Positions 51,701 to 57,700 of a stretch of DNA of 64,000 bases are shown here, in pieces. The stretch comes from Phoronis australis. Lineage: Eukaryota; Animalia; Phoronida. The translations under genes and the position numbers were made by a program. The stretch covers positions 200,158-264,157 of the forward strand of contig NMRA01000417.1 of the NCBI GenBank assembly GCA_002633005.1, read 5' to 3'. The notes beneath the pieces were generated by a model, which worked only from the letters and a program-made list of their open reading frames with translations, searched no databases and was not told the DNA's origin. Position 1 is the stretch's first letter. Each line of letters begins with the position of its first letter.

Positions 51701-54700
51701 CCGGGTTTGTCAATATTATGGTATTTCAGAAGTTATCATAACATGTTTCATCCATTCAGAGAACAAATATCAGTGGTCATGTAATAATAGGTGATCTGTT
51801 GTAAACATTGGTCATTTTTATCTTTCAAAAGTTCTTGTATCCCTGTGGTTGCAATCATGATGGTTCTTGTGTATGTCATTTTACACTGGTCTGTGTTGTA
51901 GATGGTTCCGTAACATCTCGGACGCCGTGTCAGAGGCTCAGAAATCCAACAGTGGCCGACGAAATGCTCGTGTGGTGACCGTTGAACAAGAGAGGAACAC
52001 GTGAGTAACCACAGATGACTTTAGTACTCTGAATATGAAGGCTACTTACTGAGTCATTGCGAGATGTGATGGGATGTGATAATAATAAGTTAGTGTCTTA
52101 TCTCATGTGACAATGACATCAGGTCTTCAGGAATTTTCATTTGAAACAAGACGACTTATTTTTGATCTGAAGTATGTACTGTAACCATGATGTCCTGGCA
52201 AACTTACCTTCTGTGATAAGAAACAATTATTCTATTGTTTTTTTGATTTCACCTGTTAATTTACACAGTAATGTATCTTTTCTTTGGACTGTGATATGGT
52301 TAATAGTTTAACCACCATTGAGATAGTAATTATTTTTTATTTCTTGCAGATCTGAGGAAAAGGACAAGGGAAATAATGTGGAGTTTGAGAATGTTGATGA
52401 GGCTGTGCTTGTTGAGGCAGCTGGTATCATTCAACCAAAAGAGGTTGTTGTTTCCAGCCCCGCCTACACCCAGTCGGAACACATTTCTTCAGCCATAGGT
52501 TGGTATAACTCTAGGTGTGAAACCAGTGATTAGACATAGGGAAATGTAATATTTCTGTGTGAGATCTATTCATTGGGAATTGTGAGGCCAAGTGTAGTTC
52601 TTTATGAGGTCTGCTAGTTGCTTCTTCTACATTTTTTTGTAATTTTACTTCAGAAACAAACACTGTTTTCCAACTTTATACTAACATCAATTGCTAATTG
52701 AAAACTGGTGATGTTTTAAAAATTTCACAGAACACAACAGTGTTAAAAGAAATGTCAAATAATTTTTTATTCTAACGATTCTATCCGTTTAATAAAGAAC
52801 ATATCTTGTATAATAGCCATCATGTGTTGTACTTCCTGTTTGTAGACTTCATCAAACAGAAAGATGGTGAAATCAAGTCTGCATTGGAGGAAAAGCATAA
52901 AATGATAGCCAAAATGATGAACATCCCAGCTGAAGACTTTGAGACTGTGGCAGAGGTTAGAAAAGTTGATCCCTGAGACAAAAAATTGAAGAAAAATAAA
53001 TGTCAGAGTTAGATTTTGTGTCATAGATTTTAGTTTTATAAACAATGAAGCTCATTAAATTCTTCCACTTTCAGATATCTTACGTAAGAACCATATTTTG
53101 CAGTTGTATTTTACACATCTTGAAACTACAAATTATGAGTTTTTGTGCTAGTAAGTGTTTATTACAGTTATTGTACAAATATCTTGCTTAAAACCCCACC
53201 TGTCTTACTGGATATTTTATTTGAAATCTTGTTATCATTGTCATTGAATGCAATTGTTCGACATGCGTTTCCCAAATATCTCGGATCTCTTCTAGCCCTT
53301 AACATCTGTAGAAGGATCACTAAGCACTATATCACTATCTCTCACTACCAGAAGATTGATCCCTAGGTACTCTCTCACCACCAGTACTCAGATCACTATC
53401 TCTCAATATCAGTATATGTATCACTAAGCATTACATCCCTCCACTTTACTTCCTGTGTGTATTTTGCAGATGTCCGGTGAAGTTGACGGTGAGAAAGAGC
53501 CTCGTGATCTAGTGCTGGCCTCTATCTACCAACTGGACAGGCTGACCAGCTTGATCAAGGAGTCTACACACCTACAGACTGCACAAGGTATTAACTAGGT
53601 CGAATGTGCACTCTGCACAGCTGTCATGCTTGTGGCAACCTGGGCAATTTTGAAGACAGTTTCCATTCAAATAATGTTCATGAAAAATGAGTGAAATCGG
53701 TGGATTATTTCATACGATGAAACAAAACCCATCATGTGGTGAGTTGATTCATTCAGTGAATCTTGGCAACACTGAATCATTTTAACATACTATCCATGTC
53801 TGCTTTTGTAGGATAATGACAGTATAAGTAGGAACCTTGGGGTGGATAAGGGTGGGGGGGAGGCAGGACTGTGTTCTGTAGACGCAAGACTCTCTCAGAA
53901 AAGCAAGATCATGCTTTTTTATTCCATAAGGGAAGATTTTTCATGGCAAGTGGAGTGCTAATTGTCTTTGGTCAACTGAGTACATCTCTGGCTCCATTTG
54001 TTGGCACTTAAAGTGTGTCGAGTGATTCTGTTAGATTCAAAGTGCAGGTGTATCAGAAAATACCATTAGCAAAAATTCACCACTTCGTACTTACTGACCG
54101 TTCACATTGGTCCGATGACCGTTGCAGCCATGCTGGATCCTGACTACAGTGGTGAAGCCTATATTGATTATCATTGGTATTGGGGATCACCTTTGTCTTC
54201 CCGGAAAGGTCTTTATGGTTCACAGATTTAGTATAGGCATTGAGACGGGACAAAACACTCAGTTTCAAGCAATCCTCCATCTACTTTTGACTTGAAAAAG
54301 CAAAATTTTTGGCATTTACTAATGTGTTTCTTGACGCCGTCATTGCTATGCTGTCAAAGGCACACTCTTACAACGTTCCTCGACTCCATCCTCCCTAAAG
54401 CATACATATTATAAACTTGTGAAAATGGCGATAATTGTGAACAGTCCCTTAGTCCACAATTGGTAATTGTGATGTTAGTTTACTGACTACCTGTCATTGA
54501 CCTGTTTTAGCCGTGAGTGTGCCTAAAGATGAGAAGAGGCAACAAGTTGCAGCTGACAAGATTGTTCCCATCACTAGCTGCTTACAGGACTACCTGTCAC
54601 AACTGCTGGTAAGTCATGTAGTGGTCACTCAGTACAGGAATATCTGTCACAGTGGTGGCTACATCAAACAGGATTATGCATTACAGCTACTGGTAAGTCA

Positions 54701-57700
54701 TTTAGTGGTCACAACGTACAACACTGTCACACTTACTGGTAAGTCATGTAGTGGTCACACCATACAGGATTATCCGTCACATTTACTGGTAAGCCATTTA
54801 GTGGTCACAACGTACAACACTGTCACAGTTACTGGTAAGCTATGTGGTGGTTACACCATACAGGATTATCCGTCACATTTACTGGTAAGCCATGTAGTGG
54901 TCACACCGTACTGTGTGGCTACCTAGCCTGTCATATGATGTGTAGGTCTGGGATATTCAGTGTAGGTGGCGACCAAAATAGTGCGATATAACTGCAGCTG
55001 GAATCCCAACATAGAAATAGAGCTTGGCATGGTCAATTTCACAGACCGTCATAGGTGTGGCACACTCCTCACTGTAGGCACCTGTGGCCGGTTGCATGAA
55101 ACAGTCCCAAATAGGGACTCAGCTAGGTTCCCTAAATCAACTGCATATTTGTGGACTTACGAAAACATTGATTGTCCTTTCTTATGCTGTTTTAGTTTCA
55201 GTACTAAGTCAATTTTTGGCTTTGGTACAAATCGAGAGTGAACTCGACGTTAAATTCTCAATATTATCGAAAATGCATAGGGATCTTTCCATGCAACTCT
55301 CCTAACTTAAATGTTGCTGTTCCAGTGTTTGGCACAATATTCATACCTGGAACGAGTGCCATGATGGAAACTAGAACAAACGATGAAAATATGTTGATGA
55401 GAGTTTTCAAAAAAAGGTTAAAGTCTTCATAGTAAGCAGTGCTTGCCACATTCATCAAACAGTCCTTTAAAATGCTTGTTTGAGGTGTATTGCAGTTGAG
55501 TTTAGTCCATACTTTCGTCCTTGCTGTTACAGGGCCTGCTGTCAATGAAGGAAACAGAACAAGCTGGGACATCACTCAAGGTCGTGCCACCGTCCCCTGA
55601 CAGACCTAGTAGTTACATTTCAGTGGGTGACTCGTCTGAGGGTAGCGGTATGATTGATGAGACTGGTGAGTGTACCTTGTTATGGCTAGATCTGGTCTGC
55701 TCTCCGTGTGCCTCTGGTGGTTGGCACTATGCACTACTCAATGATTCAAATTGGTTCATCCATTGCTATGCATTTGATGTCATTTTTCTAATTTCAGTTG
55801 TCATAGTGTGGTGCTTGTGTTGACTGAGTATATTAACTGCTTTGGCACACTGAGGCAAACTAGACATGCAGTATTTTTGTTTTACTTCATATTGCTATGA
55901 ATTATCAACCTTGGTTGTAATTAATTAGCTCGCTGACAAGGAAGTGTTATTATTATCAACAAGTTTTATAAGTTAGTAAAGTAACATCTTAACACCTATA
56001 ACGTATGTTGTGCTCCTTGTCTCCTCATTCCAACAAGGTGTTCAGCATCATGGTTTATCAGTTGCTAGAGGCCTTTCCTTAGTTAATACAGTTGGGCCAG
56101 TGCATCCGTTTGTTACCCTTGAGTTGTGAATTTCAGATCAGGGCCCCAAACCCGCTGAAGACTCTAGTAAACCAGGTAACTGCGGGCCAGGCTTAACCCT
56201 ACTAACATGTTGTTGTTGGTGTTGTCATTTTTTCACACACTCTGCTCTTTGTTTCGGAGTCTCTTTAAGAGTGAAGGCATTCTTAATTTTGCGCTTCTTT
56301 TTTCTCGACGCTGGGAGACCAGTAAAGCAGTGGTAGCCAATATCACTTAATAAGCGTAGCTTACAATTCATACCAGTACCCATGGTTATGTCACATGAGA
56401 CATTCTTGGGCATTTCTCTCACCATGTCAGGAAAAAGGGTCTAATACACGAACACATTTTGTGAAAAGTTACAATTGGTCTTATACCATACAACAAGACT
56501 TTCTTGAAATGCTTCGATTTAGCTCTTACGTCATGATAATTTAACTTGCAGCATTTTAGTCAAACATGTTGTAGAAACACCGCTTCTCTTCAGTTATATA
56601 GTACACACACTTAGATTGTTGACACTTCTTTGACATTCACTTAGAAGGCCACTGTACATTGGTGCAACATTAAGTTAGGGACAAGGTCTAACTAAGCATG
56701 GAGGTGAAGGTTAAATGAATTATCATTTGTACATGACTTATTCAATACTTCGGGAGCCCAGGTCTGCACTTGTTCTCACCTTGGTGATGAGCTGAATGTT
56801 CAGTAAATAGTGACATTCTCTGGGGAGTGTATGGTGGCCTTCGCTCCGTCTTATTTCACTGCACTGTTCTTTGGTAAACTTTTCTTATTTAATCCCAAGA
56901 ATAGAAGTAAATAAAAGTTGATAAGGTACTTTCTTCCTATCAATATACAAGTGTAGCACACACCAGAACACTCCATGTTTTAGTTCCATGTTTCACTCTT
57001 ACGTATTCTGCTGTTAGTCTTTGTTCCTGATCAACTGATTGTGCACATTGAAGTACAGTAGTTAACATGGCCGTCTGATGCCGTGCTCTTCACACTAATA
57101 GCTGATGAATTTGAGCTGTTATCAATTTATTTCATGATAACACATTTTGATTACAAAATTGTGATCCCATTTAAGCTAACACCAGCCAGGACAGATTCGC
57201 TGCTTGTTTGTTGCTCTTATTAGATAGCCAGTTGTCACTCAGCTTCAGTAGAGGCAGCTCTTAAATGCTTTGAGTTCTCGCCTAACGGTGTGTCGGGTTT
57301 AAGGGCTTTGTTATGAAGTTGTGAAATGAGTGGTTTAAGCCGGACAGGGACACCTGTTGGTGTGCAAACTGGTGAGAGCATAGAGCACGTGGCTGGGAAT
57401 ACCAGCTAGTGACTCTAACCTTGAATTACTGCCAACAGTCTGGATTAACAAGACATGCTGAAGGAATTTATTTTTTAATTGAATCTTCTTGTTCCTAAAG
57501 ACAATCAATCAATCAATTCTTTTTGCTGTGTCAATGTTTGAGCTAACAATTGTTCAGTTTGGTTTCAGTGAACAAAAGTAACTTCTTAAATGTCTCTTCT
57601 CTTCTCTTTTGTTAATGATTGTCTACGCTGTGTTTTTATTAAAGTCGAGTTAATGTCCAGGTATTCTTTAAAGAATTATTTGATATTAAGTGGTTCATTT

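Noticed and set aside
53925-54451. Harbinger-like MITE ending TGTGAACAGTCCCT
   Set aside because: No convincing matching left TIR found.
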